A DNA stretch of 64,000 bases, from contig MU058213.1 in the NCBI GenBank assembly GCA_013265495.1, forward strand, positions 186,001 through 250,000. The letters are read 5' to 3'. Shown here piece after piece: positions 22,501-35,605 of this stretch. The notes beneath the pieces were generated by a model. The model was given only the letters and a program-made list of their open reading frames with translations. It did no database searches and was not told where the DNA came from. Source of the stretch: Vicugna vicugna (Eukaryota). The translations under genes and the position numbers were made by a program. Position 1 is the first letter of the stretch; every line of letters begins with the position of its first letter.

Positions 22501-23416
22501 AACAAGATACTAATCTCATTCAACGATTTAAAACTCTCAAGCTACAAAAGAGTACATGTAAAAATTCTTCCTTCCACCCAAACTCCCAGCCACTGCTTCC
22601 CTTCCCTAGAGCCAACCAATGCTTAACAGAGCATTTTAAGAAATGTTCAGTTTATCTCTGTCCCACTTCCCTGTGCACGGAGAGCCTCTGCTGGCAGAAA
22701 AAGAGAACACACAGCTTGTGCTGCTGATCCCAGAGCACAGCGACCAAGGAAGGGGCATCAATAGGGGAGAGAAGGGGCAGAACGGGGCAGAGGCTTAAAG
22801 GAAGAGGGAAGCCAGGGAGGAAAGAGCAGATCCTGAAGGGCAAGACAACAGCCTGAGGGTCCATGCAACCTAGACCTGGCTTCCCCCAGCACTCCGAGGC
22901 TCTGATGATCTAACGAAGCAAAACTGCTATAAACCTTATGAATAATTAAAGCTTATTTTCAAGAAATCACTATGTTTAATAATTTGAAGACCTAACACTC
23001 AGAAAATTGACCCTTCAATGAACTGGCTTTCTGTGAGTTAACAGCTCTCACTGAGCAAGTATCTTTTATTTTAAATCTATTTCTTAGATTTCTGTGTCTT
23101 ATTTTATGGGATTTGGGCTCAGCAGCACTATAGGAAAAGCAGCAAAGAATGGATTAGATGAAAGAGGAAATGAGTTTGGCTATATGACTGCCCTAGGAAA
23201 CCCTACATCAATCATTTCAATACCATCAGGATCTCTTGTTATCAAAAAAGCTTGTAAGACACAAAAGAATCCCTAAAGTTCATTCCTCTAATTTCTTCTA
23301 ATTTTTAACTCCTCAGAAAAAACAAATGGCTGTTCGCAGGGGCTGACCACAATGCCCATCCAGGCAGGTGGGTGACTAGCGAAGAGAACAAGCCAGGAGG
23401 CACTGCTGCCCTGGGC

Positions 23417-23433
23417 GGGGGGGGGGGGGGGGG
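23417..23433. repeat. poly(G) run (~17 nt)
   Basis: read directly. Confidence 0.9.
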
Positions 23434-24161
23434 TGACCCGCGTTCTGCCTGGGGAAACAGCCATGTAGACCATCCCTCTCAGTTTTCGCTTTCCTAAGTG
23501 AAATAGAATTCATTTTTCTTTTCTCATAGATTTTCTTGCCAAATTTGTAATCACATCTGACACTACCCTGATCACTCTCCAAGCTGCCTGTTACCTCGTT
23601 AAACAGCCAAATGGATTAAAACCATCTAGATCTGTGCACCCCTCATTTTACAATGAAGAGATCATTTTAAGTTCTGAAGTGACTCTCTCCCAAATTTCTG
23701 ATTCTTCTTGAACCCTGTGTGGCATTACATTGCTAACATATTTAGCTTAAAAACCACCACGCAATGTAGAATCTCTTCCTTACTGTGTAAAAGCAAACTT
23801 CCTTCACCTTGTATTTGGTATTTCTGTAATTTAATCTCTCTCACGAAATTATCCTGAATTTGGTGCTCCTACAGTTTATCCTGTCCGTTTCTAAATGCTA
23901 AATAAATAAAAATGTTTTCAAAGGTTTATGCTGAATTTTCAAATAAACGATATTTAGAGAATCGTAACATAGAGTATACTCATTTATACATTAAATTCCC
24001 CAAACCATCCATCACAATGTTATTACATGTAAAAGCCCAATGGCAAATATGATAAAGGAGGTACCAACTTTACTTGATTACACAGGATTTATCAAGGGAC
24101 CTATGTTGTTTCACTGTTATGAAATAAAAACTGTAAGTTTTTATCTTAAAAAAATTATCAA

Positions 24162-24246
24162 GGGGTGGGTATAGCTCAGCGGCAGAGCACATGCTTAGCA
24201 TGCACAAGGACCTGGGTTCAATCCCCAGTACCTCCATTAACAAAAA
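24162..24246 (+). mobile_element. tRNA-Ala-derived camelid SINE (vic-1 type)
   Basis: ggggtgggtatagctcagcggcagagcacatgcttagcatgcacaaggacctgggttcaatccccagtacctcc. Confidence 0.88.
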
Positions 24247-24381
24247 GTTCTTTGTGGTTTGGTAAATTATTACCTATGATGTATGAAAGATAGTAAGTTC
24301 TAACCAAAAGTAAATTTCAAATAAATCAAGCACTGGCTTCATTAGAAATGTTCATGAAAACTAAACAAAGATTACAAGATA

Positions 24382-24438
24382 CTGGATTTGGCACAAAATT
24401 GTAAAATGACTATAACTCAATAAAAAAATGTTAAAAAA
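24382..24438 (+). mobile_element. 57-bp L1 3'-terminal insertion
   Basis: ttgtaaaatgactataactcaataaaaaaatgttaaaaaa flanked by 11-bp TSD attacaagata (24371-24381, 24439-24449). Confidence 0.85.
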
Positions 24439-24465
24439 ATTACAAGATAGATTTTTTTTAAATAC

Positions 24466-24583
24466 CTCACTCTGCTTTCTTTTCTTAGTGAAAATATATC
24501 TAATAAATGTCTCTTGAAGGACTTCTTGTTTTACAAGGAAATGCCAAAGTCGTTTGACTGGAAGTGCAGAAGAATCCCGGGAT
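24466..24583 (-). CDS. DMXL2: DMXL2 exon (KSRDSSALPVKRLWHFLVKQEVLQETFIRYIFTKKRKQSE)
   Basis: ttaaccag|A ... GAG|gtattt; 118 nt, phase 2-0. Confidence 0.96.
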
Positions 24584-25375
24584 CTGGTTAAAAAAAAAAA
24601 AAAAATTAACATATCATACTATCTTAGTCTATAGAAAATGTCTCATTATTTGCAGATTTTGTTTTAAAACCTCCATTACTGCAAAGAAGATGCAGCATTA
24701 AGCTCAACAAAATTTTATAGTTTACTTCACTTCCAATTTTTAGTTCTAAAAAATCATTCCTTCATCTAGCAATTAATTCTCTAATTACAAGTTCTTTGAA
24801 TGCACAGGTTGGGCTTAGAGTCGAATGAATCTCCTATTCTCTTTTTAAATTATACTTTATGTTGGCTCTGTTGGTTACAACGTATCACCGATGAATATAA
24901 AGTCACACAGTTCATTTTTAACAGTCTAACAGGATAAGAATAAAAAGCCTTGCTCTTTCAAGGGCATGAGCAATACTCTTAATTATGGCTAGACAGGTAG
25001 GAGGTTAAAACAGCAATAAAAACCCTAATGTGTTTAGTACTAAACCACTGACAAGAGGCCAGTAGCACCGTGTTTGCATATGTAGGTTATTATCCCAAGA
25101 CATTTCTACAAGAATTCTTAAACTGATGATGGAAATACAATAAAGGTTTTTTTTTCCTGATTATAAAATTAATATGTCTATCAAAATACAGGTAATACGG
25201 GAAAAATAATTTTCTATCCAGATTTCTGATGTTTTCCTTAGCATATACTGCTAAAAACAGGACTACAAGTTCAAAGTTATGTTTTGAATGCTGTCGGCAC
25301 ATTACTTTGCCAAACTGTCTTCCAGAAAAGTTAAACTAAGCTACAGTCCCATCAGCGTTAAAGGAGCATTCGTAC

Positions 25376-25577
25376 TTGAATGGAGTATTTTCAGGTTCTA
25401 GCATCGCTTTATTTCGAAGAATAGCTGGTCCAGCCCCTACTGAAAGGTCAGCTGGATATGTGTTGATGTAGTTGGGAGGGGGACCTTCAAACTGATCCAT
25501 TTTCTCTTGCAAAATCTGTTCCCAGTTCTCCAAGTTTTTAATCACAGCAATACCTAATGGTGATGTTACAGGCAACT
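25376..25577 (-). CDS. DMXL2: DMXL2 exon (ELPVTSPLGIAVIKNLENWEQ...EPENTPFK)
   Basis: cattgtag|AG ... AA|gtacga; 202 nt, phase 1-2. Confidence 0.96.
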
Positions 25578-26019
25578 CTACAATGGAAGAGAACACGACA
25601 TTTTATTTTGATTATAAATGATGACCATCACCATCTATTTACAAAATCCAAACAATCAGAGCCAGAATTTCTGAAAATATAAATAAATCCGAAAATGTTA
25701 ATCTAACACCATTTGGATTCCCAGTGCTTTGAACAAAACAGAAGACCACCTCTCTAAAATGAGCTGAGAAAGTGTCTAGCTTCTCCAGGCTGGTTCCCTG
25801 CCTTTTTTTTTTTTTTCCCAGCCTTCTAGGTAGACAGTGATTCTTGCCAGATGAATGAAAACCATAGACTAGAGCCTAAAATAAACTAGACTTCATAACA
25901 TCACCAATGCAGTATTTTCTTTTTTAGTACCCAATGTTCCTTTGTATGGATTTTGTAATGAGAAACTTGAAGATAATTTGATGTATTTAATAACATTAAT
26001 TTTCAAATTCCAAACTTAC

Positions 26020-26105
26020 CAGAGAATTCCAATCCAGCAATGGGAAAGAAATTCCTGACATTGTGCAGTGCTAGCTTAACCACTGCCAAATGTAGAAGAG
26101 CCCAG
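26020..26105 (-). CDS. DMXL2: DMXL2 exon (SWALLHLAVVKLALHNVRNFFPIAGLEFS)
   Basis: tgaacag|C ... TCTG|gtaagt; 86 nt, phase 2-1. Confidence 0.95.
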
Positions 26106-26598
26106 CTGTTCAAAAAGGGACAAAAAAAATTCTCCTTAATTGAAACATAAAGTCATGAGAGAAGCATAGTGATGATCTCTGTCAACGGCCTAGCCCCATC
26201 TCCCAACCAGAAGAAAAGCTGTTTTCCTCCAGCAATTTACATTAGAAAATCGTACCTGTGTGGTCTCTGAAAATAAAAGACATGCAACAATATTACACTT
26301 GCAATATCTGAAAACTACCTAATGAGAAGAGACTTACCACAAAGTCACATGGAGCCCTAATAGCACATCACTAAATTATGTATTTTTCCCACTAAAAATG
26401 TTTGTGCCAGCTAGTCTTTGAAACTGAATGTGAAAGAAACACTCTACTAAGAATTTACCACAAAGGTACAGAATTCTTAACCTGAAAACCTAAGTCAGGC
26501 CTTGTGTAAATTCATGATGATAATGTTACTTAAAACTAGTAGTATCAGGATTTTCTACAAAATAAAAGGCAAACAGAAAAGGAAAAAGCCTTATTTGC

Positions 26599-26729
26599 CT
26601 GTAGGAGTTTGGGTCTTGGTGCTCCTGCATCTGAGTATCTGAAAAAAAAGCGTCATCTTCTTCCTCATCGCTATGAATGCTTTCATCCGAATCGTATATA
26701 ACACCGCTCTCAGACAAGGGGAGAAATGG
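26599..26729 (-). CDS. DMXL2: DMXL2 exon (PFLPLSESGVIYDSDESIHSDEEEDD...QDPNSY), GC donor
   Basis: attgcag|CCA ... ACAG|gcaaat; 131 nt, phase 0-2 as required by the next exon. Confidence 0.92.
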
Positions 26730-26799
26730 CTGCAATAAAACACACAGTTATTTTCAAATGTATAATGGGGTTAATTTCTGTACCAACTAAACACTGAGT

Positions 26800-29540
26800 A
26801 TTTCAAAAGGTGTCATCCTACATAAACATTTTCTTTCAAAAAATGATACTAGACCTAGAAAAGTCAAGGAAACCACACTAAAACTCTGAGTCAACAAAAT
26901 AATTGAGTAGCGAGATACAACACAAGCATTTTTCAAAAATCAAGTCTTTTTCCTTATATATCGGCAATAATTTGTTCAAAAAGTCTAGAGAAAAAAGGTG
27001 CACTGAAAAACATGTTAAAGGAAAAACTTTATGAAAACTGTAAGAGAGCTATAGAGAAGGAAATTATAAATCCTTCCAAAAGCATAAATAAGGAGACTGA
27101 AACATGTAAAAACTGTGGATCTTTAATTTATGGGTTTTAAGTAATTACAGTAAAAATCTTTTCTTTTTTAACTTGATGACTATGAAGTTCACAGGGAAGA
27201 AAAAACAGGTAAGATTAGCTGAGAAATCTTTTAAAAGTGAAAGACACCATTTCTTAGTAGATATTAAAATAAATAATTAAAAGAAGTGCAGTCTAGCAAT
27301 GAATCAGTGGAAAAACGTAGGCCAAGAACAGTATACAAATAAGAAATTAATATATGACAAAGATAACGTCATCCATTGTCAGGAGGAAAGGACAGGTAGT
27401 ACATGTGTGGGGACAGACGATAAAGAGGGCAACGAAGCCTGCCCCTCACTGTATTCTATGCAAACAAGAGAGGTAAAACTTAGAGTTACAAGTTTAAAAG
27501 GAGGAGGAGAAACAGCAGGAGGAGTAAACAAAGGAGGAGGAGGAGGTAATAGAAGTAATTATTAATGGAAAGGACTTTCTCTGCTTAAAAACAATGTAAC
27601 AAATCATTTTTTAAAAGTATGGACAGGCATGACTAAATAAACTTTCCTGGACTTCTGTGTGTCAAAAACATAAAATTAAAAGGCAAATAACAAACTGGAA
27701 AAAGCACCCACAAGTAAGATAAACTGCTTCTAAAGGATGCAGATTTGATCTTTGTTACCTGAGAATGCTTGAAACAGGAATAAAGAGCTCGTCTCAAATT
27801 CAAAAAAAAAAAAAAAGATAAATTGCTGATATCCTTAACACAGAATTCATTAAAAGTAAGGAAAAACATTAAAATTCCAATAATTTAGTTAAGAACATGA
27901 AAGTCAATTCTTAAAACAGAAAACCTAATGGCAGTAAGTTCATTAACATTTTTGATGTCACTAATAGGAAATAAAAATTATTTAATCTATCAACTTAACA
28001 AAAATGAAAAAGGAAGACTTAATGAGCATAAAAGTCAGGTGTACACTTACTATTCTCAAGAGAGTATTAATCAGTAACCTGGACAGTAATCTGGAGATAG
28101 TTATCAAAAGCCTTTGACCCAACACTTCTTAATGAAATAATCAGAATGTGAACAGGCTTATCTAAAAAGATATTAACCTCAGCATTATTGATAAAAATAA
28201 AAAAATTTATACAGCAAATACCTGATAAGCAAACAGTTATGTAAACCATAGTACATTCATCAAACTGAATAGTCATTTGGTCATTAGAAATGACACGTAC
28301 CTAGAAACAGTGACAAACCCAAATACCCACTTATGGTTTCTAATTATCATTCCCCACAAAAAGTAACCAGGTTCTTTGGAGGAATGGTTATTCCCAGTTC
28401 GGGCAGGAAGTGTGCAAGATTAGCCTAGAATAACTCAAACTAGAAAGAAAAGAAACTCAAAGATTACTGGAAAAGCTCTTAAAAAGATTCAGGAGCCAAC
28501 TGAAAAAGGCTCTCATTGGCAAAGATGGGATCATCTGAGCATCCGTAAGAATTACTGCCATGGATTAAAACACGTAAAATATGTTTAAATCCATAAGATC
28601 ATAACAAAACTAGTAACAAAACAAAACTCACTGGCCTCCTCTGAAGGATGTTAGACAATCAACTCATCACTTTGAGAACTGGTACAAAAAGCAAAGAATT
28701 TATTCATTTTGTCTTTCCCTTTCGAAATGTACTTCAGGGTAACCAAACAGGCTGATGAAGGAAAGTATTCCAGCAAATAAATGAAGAATAAATGTGAGGA
28801 TACTGTTATCACAATTTTTAAATTCCCATTAAAATAATGGTATTTAGGCAAAGATCATCAACCAAGATCACAGGAAGAGTGCCTCCTGGTGGAAATACAC
28901 AAAACCACCGGTGTGGCAGCCTTGAACTCCCCTTCTCCTGTCCAGTCAGAACGGAACTCAATAAAGCCTCTAAGCTGAACTTTCACTTTACAGAAAAACA
29001 GGAATCAGAGGAACATGTTCAGAACAAAACATGGGGATGCCATCAGCAAAAGCCACCAAGCCATTTTAAAGGACAAATTTAGGGGCAAATAGAGGGTGAA
29101 TTCAACAAAGTGAGATGAAGGTAGAACCCATAGATTAAAAGAAACTTAGGGGATATCTATCTGTCTATCTTACTTTGGATCCTAATTTAACAAACCAGTT
29201 GTTCAAAAAAATTTAACATATAATTGGGGAAAATGTGAACGCTCTGGATACTTGATATTAAGGAATATTGTGTGTGTGTGTATGTATGTATGTGTACATG
29301 AGAGAGAAAGTGTGTGTTTCTGTTCAAAATCCTTCTTTAAAAAAATAAATAGTGAAATACTTATTAATGAAATTTCATAATATTTGGGTTTGCTTCCGAA
29401 CAATCTGGGGAGTGGGAAAAACTATAAATGAAATAAGACTGTCACTGAGCTGATAATCTTTGAAGCTGGATGACGGTAGGTGAGGATTCATGTGCTATTA
29501 TCTGCACTTCTGTGTATGTTTGAATTTCCATAATAAAGGT
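26800..29540 (+). mobile_element. Ancient L1M (L1MC/ME-type) ORF2 and 3'UTR fragments
   Basis: A-rich decayed L1-like text (aagaaattaatatatgacaaagat; tttgggtttgcttc...gataatctttgaagctggatgacgg...tttccataataaa); boundaries approximate. Confidence 0.6.
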
Positions 29541-30071
29541 TTTTTTTGACAGCTATGATACATTGTTAATGGTGTGATAAGTAATTTATCTTGTAATGTC
29601 AACTGAAAAGATCAAATATACGAGTCCAATTATGTATTTTTTAAAAATCTGAGGATGAAAGAATCACATTTGCCCAAGTGTTAACAGTTACCTTTGGGTA
29701 GATGAGTGCTGTTTTCCTTCTTTATACATTTTTGCCTCTTCCATATTTACAAAACTTTAGATTAATCAGGGAGAAACATTTTTTTAAAAAAGAAAACGAA
29801 GCTGGTACATTAGCATTGCAAATGTCATCATTCACATTAATGATGCAGTGAGATTTCATGAGAAAGAAAATTTTCAAATTAGAAAGGTGGAGAAGGGTAC
29901 TGCTGATATATTTTTAAGAGTACTTTATTAATTCCCTGGTTGATTAGCTAAATACAATTATACGTGACCCAATCAGTAGCCTCACAGAGTAAGCCAGAAT
30001 CACCACGGGAAGTATAAAGTAGAATCCTGACAGAGTGTAAACCCAGAAATCTGCACTCGTATTTGCCTAAC

Positions 30072-30260
30072 TCAGAGGCCCTCAAGCTTCAGCATAAATC
30101 GGAGTCACCTGGGGGGCTTGCTAAAACACGGACTGTTGCTCCCCCTCCCAGGGTATCCGAATTGGTGGGTCTGAGGTGCGACTCCAGGACTCGTGCTTCT
30201 CACAAGCTCCCAGGTGACGCTGGCACTGGTGGTTCTGGGGCCACACTTTGAGAACCACGA
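30072..30260. mobile_element. MER5A-like hAT-Charlie MITE
   Basis: gagtcacctggggggcttgctaaaacac...caagctcccaggtgacgct...ccacactttgagaaccac. Confidence 0.85.
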
Positions 30261-31029
30261 GCCTGACCAAACTTTTTAGGTAACAGAAACAACCTTCAAA
30301 ACTCACCTTGAAAGACTTTTTAAAGATCAGCTTAGCTGACCAAAAACAGAGAGAGAGACCAGCACCAGAAGAACTCTAAGGTGCGCTCTCAAATTTTAAA
30401 TGGGAGGAGGCGTGACGGGACATGTATTTCCTCACACACAGCAAGGCGACAACAGTGTGAACACATGTAAAGGGGGAAACCTATCGATAGGAGGTGATGG
30501 GCTTAAAAGAACAAAGCGCAGTAAGGCACACACACACCCAGCACGGTGTGAAGCAGGACGTGACGGATCGAGTCTTCATGAGTGCTCTGATCCGCAGAGT
30601 CTTCTCTGCTTTGGAGAAACAGATACGTCATGGGGCCTCACAAAACCGTTCATGGTCTGGTGAAACTCAAACGTCCATCCATCTCCTTCCACTCTGGTTC
30701 CATGCTGGCCAAGGGAACCACTGACAATCAGAAGATGGGAACCTAGATGGTAAATACAAGTATTCTGGTGCCTAGAAAAGGATGATGCTGATTACATGTT
30801 AATAAACTGACTTCTGGTTTATACCTAAGCCCCATATGATTTTAATTTGTCTCATCCATATCAAGTATCTGGTCATTCCTGAATGACTATGCAGTCTCTG
30901 GACTCGAGAGATTAAATGCCTAAACTATGGTGATCCAACCCAGAAGCTGCCCCATCATACCCAGGTGATATGAACACAGGAGCTGATAAAACAGACACAC
31001 ATAAAGCCTCCATTCCTCACACCCCTTAC

Positions 31030-31208
31030 CTTTGCAACAAAATAATCCCACATACTAAGTTCTGGAGGAATAAATTTTTCTTTGTAAGATGGCCTTTCTG
31101 CAGGCACTGGTGGTGGGGTAGCATCCTTTACAGGCCTTCCAGGTACCAGCATCCGCATGTTAAACCTCCTGCGGTGTTTATCGATGTCTTCAGAAGGAAC
31201 AGGAGGTG
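31030..31208 (-). CDS. DMXL2: DMXL2 exon (APPVPSEDIDKHRRRFNMRMLVPGRP...WDYFVAK)
   Basis: cactcag|CA ... AAG|gtaagg; 179 nt, phase 1-0. Confidence 0.96.
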
Positions 31209-32102
31209 CTGAGTGAAGACAGGAAAAAACCTCACATTTAGTTTTCTATTATTAATTCAAAAAGTTAAGCTTTCTTTTCTCCCTACTCTTGCCATGTTTA
31301 GACTTCAGTCTTACTTACATCTGTCCATCTAAACTTTTTAGTTACTGCATCAGTTTTCCAGCAATTATGGCAGATATGCAAATAGAGCATAAAAGAATAA
31401 TATGCAGTGAAGCAGCCTATATGTTAGGTAGAATACAGATCAAAGTAATTCTATGTACAACGTATTAAATAAATGGTATACTCAGTAAGTAATTAAGAGA
31501 GTGCCTGAGTGATTATTTCTGGCTATGCTGTTCAAGAAAGATTCACTGAGTAAACACGTGGGGTGTAAATCATGCCTTAAAAGAAAAGCAGAAGCTCACT
31601 GTGAAACGAGGAAGGGACGTCAGAAATAAAGGACCAAAGGTTTGGTGAAATGAGGAGTAAACTGCTTTTGCTAGACAGGCTTCAGGGAGGGGCGTAACCA
31701 CCACAGTCTGGAGTCAGGCTGGGACTAGCCTGTGGATAGGAAGCCGGGAGCTTATCCTGAGAGCAACTGTCATGCAAGTGTCTTGAACTAGTCACATGAT
31801 GAGGTATCGTTTGCACGATCAATTAGAGAGGAAGGTGGGACGATCTGACGTAAGAGCCTCAACTAGAATGGTGGGTGGTAAAGACAGAGAGGAAGAGTTA
31901 GATACGAGAAATACGTAAAAGAAATACCAAAAGGATTCTGCAACTAACCGGCTATGGGAGAGCCAGAGAGAAGTCAACCTGGTCCTCTCCTAAGACTCCC
32001 CATCATAAAAAATAGTAATTCTATCTCAACTTCTCTTTGATGGGTGTGACCACTTTTTACTCTGTCCATCACTAACACCCTAGGCTAAAACACTTTTATC
32101 TT

Positions 32103-32450
32103 TGTTTAATTGAGGTGAAATTTACATAACATTAACCATTTTAAAACTGTACACCTCAGCGGCATTTGGTACCTTCACACTGTTGTGCGACCACCACCTC
32201 CACAGCATCCTCACTGTCCCCAAAGGAAACCCCACACCCACAAAGCAGTCACTCCCCGGTCCTTCCTCCCTCTAACCCGCGGCAACCGCCAATATGCTGC
32301 CTGTCCCTGTGGGTGGACTTACCCTCAACACTTCACATAAATGGGCCTGGCTTCTTTCACTCTGCATGCTGGTTATAGCATGTGTTAGCACTTCATTCCT
32401 TTTTATAGCTGAAGTACACTCCATTGTACGTTTATACCACATTGTGTTCA
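32103..32450 (-). mobile_element. Old L1M(B)-type 3' end
   Basis: aattgaggtgaaatttacataac...ttcacactgttgtgcgaccaccacc...cttcattcctttttatagctgaa. Confidence 0.75.
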
Positions 32451-32599
32451 TTTTCTTTTAATTGAAGTACAATCAATTACAATGTGTCATAAATCTTAGC
32501 AACGTTCTCCTAGGGCAGTCTACCCATTCATTCTTGATGGTAACCCACAAGATCTTTTAAGTGGGCTATTTCAAGAGCCTCCCGAACGGGGACCCTACT

Positions 32600-33245
32600 T
32601 TTCCTCTTTCACATGGTCTGTTCTCCACACAGTGCTACAGTGGGGCTTTTGAAAACCTAAATCAGATTCTATCATTCCTCTGCTTAAAACCCTCTAGTGG
32701 TTTCCTATTTTTCTTTAGAGCAACAATGACAGTTTTTACACGATCCATGAATCCCTAGCTGGCCTTGCCCCCCAGTTACTTCCCTTGCCTCCTCTCTGCC
32801 CACACTACCCCGGCTTATGATGGCCATTCTGGCCTCCGCTGTAGTTCCTGGAAAGGGTCAGACTCAGTCCTGCCTCACGCCCTTTGCACTCCCTGCTCCA
32901 TCTGCCTGAAATGCTCTGGCCCCAGTGCACAATCTGATCCTGACTTCCCTAGGACTCTGCTCAAATGCTGCTTAATCAGAAATGTGTCTTCTGGTCACCC
33001 TAACTCACTTGTTCCCTTCCCCTTTCCCTCATCATTTTCTTTCCATTCACTCTGTTTTATTTTTATCGTAGTTCTTATCACACCTGGAATATTATTTGTT
33101 AATTTGTTTGTTGTGTGTTTACCTCGACTGGATGTAAGCTTTATGAACACAAGGAATTTGTCTGTTGTGGTCACTCCCATATCCTCAAAGCCCAGAACAC
33201 TGCCTGGCATACAGTAGGTGTAAGTGAATGCAACCCTGAATGGGT
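32600..33245 (+). mobile_element. L2 3' fragment
   Basis: cctctgcttaaaaccctctagtgg...tgtaagctttatgaa...cccagaacactgcctggcatacagtaggtg is an L2 terminus. Confidence 0.8.
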
Positions 33246-34121
33246 AACCCAGAGGTTTATGAATTACTGTGAAAAAATAATAGAAAACTCAGGAAGAGAA
33301 AAGAAGTGATTGGCCAGGGGTGGGGGATGACTTTCAAATTTATAGTGCACTACAATCAGGTAGGAAGATGAAGATTAACAGCCACCCACATGGAATGGGA
33401 CTGGAAGCAATGGGGGTTGGTGAGATCGCCTCCCTCACTCTGACTTACGTGGGAACCTATTCATTTGATTCCCTCGTGGGCAGTGAGGACACAGGTTAGA
33501 ACCTGTGCCATTTAAACTCTCTGTGCCACTGACCCCTCATCTGTAATCAGGCCACTTCTAAAGATGAATGAAGATCACTTCCGTGTTGCAGCACCACAGT
33601 GGGAAACTTCCCTATGCCATCAGTCTTCATCTTATCATCCTACCATCTTAAAAAGTGGGCTAAAAACTATACTCTAGTCTATAAGGGAAGAAAAAGTAAA
33701 GAAAAAGGAATAAAAAAAACCATGCGCGTGATTGCAACAGCCTTCTTGTCCAAGACCACAAACTTAATCAGAAGCCAGCTGCTGTGATGCTCTGTGATGA
33801 TTATGAGGGTCTACTTAAACCTTGCTTCTCTAATTAAAAACTCTCCTTTCCCAGGACCTCACTCCTTAACACCGTCTCCTCGCTTACCTTCACCTTTCCT
33901 TTTTTCTTTTTTATCCTCCTCAAATTTGTCCTGGTTTATCAAAAAATGTTAAACTGTATTTTTATTGTAACATGAATTTAATTATTTACTATCCTAACAA
34001 GAGTGTTTATACTTTCAATATCACTGATTTTCAAAATAAAAATTCTTAAAACATTAAAAAAAAAACCTTTAACACTGGAAACTATTTACATTTACATACA
34101 TTATTATCAAATTCACCTTAC

Positions 34122-34370
34122 CCGAAACACTTTCTGATTGTCTCTGAGGTTTCACTACAAGTTTCACACCTCCTCCAAAAACAGCAGCCCACATCCGATT
34201 GTTTAACGGGTGGGCTGCAAGTCGAAACAATTCATTGGAGGAATTGGTGGCAAGAGCGTGTATCAGCAAACTTAAGTACACGGCAACAACAGCTTCACAC
34301 AACAAAATGTTCAGTTTTGGCTGGTCTTCATCTTGGGCTGAACTGAGGAGGTTAACAAGTGAACTCACAC
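34122..34370 (-). CDS. DMXL2: DMXL2 exon (GVSSLVNLLSSAQDEDQPKLNILLCEAVV...QSESVS)
   Basis: ctaacag|GT ... TCGG|gtaagg; 249 nt, phase 1-1. Confidence 0.96.
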
Positions 34371-34475
34371 CTGTTAGGGAATAGAACAAGAAGCCAGTCA
34401 GCATAACGCTCCGAAGGAAAAACATCCAAGTTTGCAATTTAAGCAAAATTATGTATCTATATATTATACAAAAAA

Positions 34476-34583
34476 TATATATATGTATGTGTGTTTGTAT
34501 ATATGTATATGTATATGTGTGTGTATATATATATATATGTGTGTGTGTGTGCGTGTGTATATATACATACACACGCACACACA
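34476..34583. repeat. Compound (TA)n/(TG)n/(CA)n microsatellite
   Basis: read directly. Confidence 0.9.
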
Positions 34584-34639
34584 ATATGAGCAACAAAATA
34601 CATGACAGAATGCTTTATAGCCCATAGAATAAAATAAGA

Positions 34640-35605
34640 ATTCACTGAGGTGTACTGATATAATAAAGAAATGAATAAATAAATGAAAGGGAGAGAAGAG
34701 AATGCTCTTCCTGAGACAACTTCAGCTAGGAAGTAGAAGGAATGATAGGAAACCACCGTCTAGTAACCCCCACAGTCACATGTGATTCAGGCCACGTCAT
34801 CACTGGATGCTAAAATTAGGGGGTAAAAGTATTGTATTTCACACAGTCTCAAGCATTCTCTTCAAAAGATACTCATTAATTGCAAAGGGAAAGAAAGCAA
34901 CTTTATAAAGGAGAAATCTGGCAGAAACTACTGTCCAAAGTGATCAAAGCCAACGGCACCAGCAATGGGACCCAGTGGCGTCATGTGCCTCCTGACACTT
35001 TACAGTGAGAGGGCGCGATGCCTCCACTGTGGTGTCCCTAAGAGTACAAAACCTGAATCTAACGCTAAGAGGACATCAGAAAAACCCAACTGAAGGGACA
35101 TTCTGAAAAATAACTGGCTAGTGCTCTTGACAAGTGTCATAGTCATGAGAGACACAGAAAGAAGGACTACGTATTAGAGGAGACACAAGACACAACACAA
35201 GTAAATGTTACACGGAAGACATTAGTGGGACAACAGGTGAAATTTTCAAAAAATCTATAGATGAGAGAACAGGATCGTATCAATATTAAGATGCTGAATT
35301 TGATAACTGCTATGGTTATGTAAGAGAATGTCTGTTTTTGAAAAGACAAACTGATATATTAAAATGTAAAGTTGCATCCTATCTGCAACTTACCCTCAAC
35401 TACTTCAGAAGAAACTATGCAATATACACACAAACACACTAAGCGAGAGAAAGATGAAAAATGAATGATAAAATGTCAATGGGGAGTCTGGGGGAAGGTT
35501 ACACACAAATTCTTTGTACCATTTTGTTGTTGTTGTTGTTGATTTTTTTTTGTACCATTTTTGAAACTTCTGTAAGTGAAATTATTTCAATAGGAAGTTA
35601 AAACA
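34640..35605 (+). mobile_element. Ancient L1M(C/E) 3'UTR fragment
   Basis: gatactcattaattgcaaaggga...ggagaaatctggcaga...gaagggacattctgaaaaataactggc...ttctgtaagtgaaattatttcaa. Confidence 0.7.

Noticed and set aside
23413..23460. G-run as a functional G-quadruplex
   Set aside because: A simple homopolymer deep in an intron with no supporting context; run length is also error-prone in assemblies
24162..24236. tRNA-Ala(AGC)-like sequence (also 9656-9730 and 56465-56538)
   Set aside because: Degenerate stems, A-rich tails, a TSD on one copy and multiple diverged copies show these are SINEs, not tRNA genes
30825..30919. Possible 95-nt cryptic exon (tttag|GCA...TTAG|gtataa) with a small inverted repeat
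   Set aside because: Poor polypyrimidine tract and weak donor; not distinguishable from chance
32765..33217. 150-aa plus-strand ORF
   Set aside because: Lies within an L2 remnant, starts at a non-ATG codon and shows no recognisable protein motif
34371..34596. N-terminal extension of ORF 34069..34596 (HTHTHIYIY...)
   Set aside because: Translation of a microsatellite; the real exon starts at 34370
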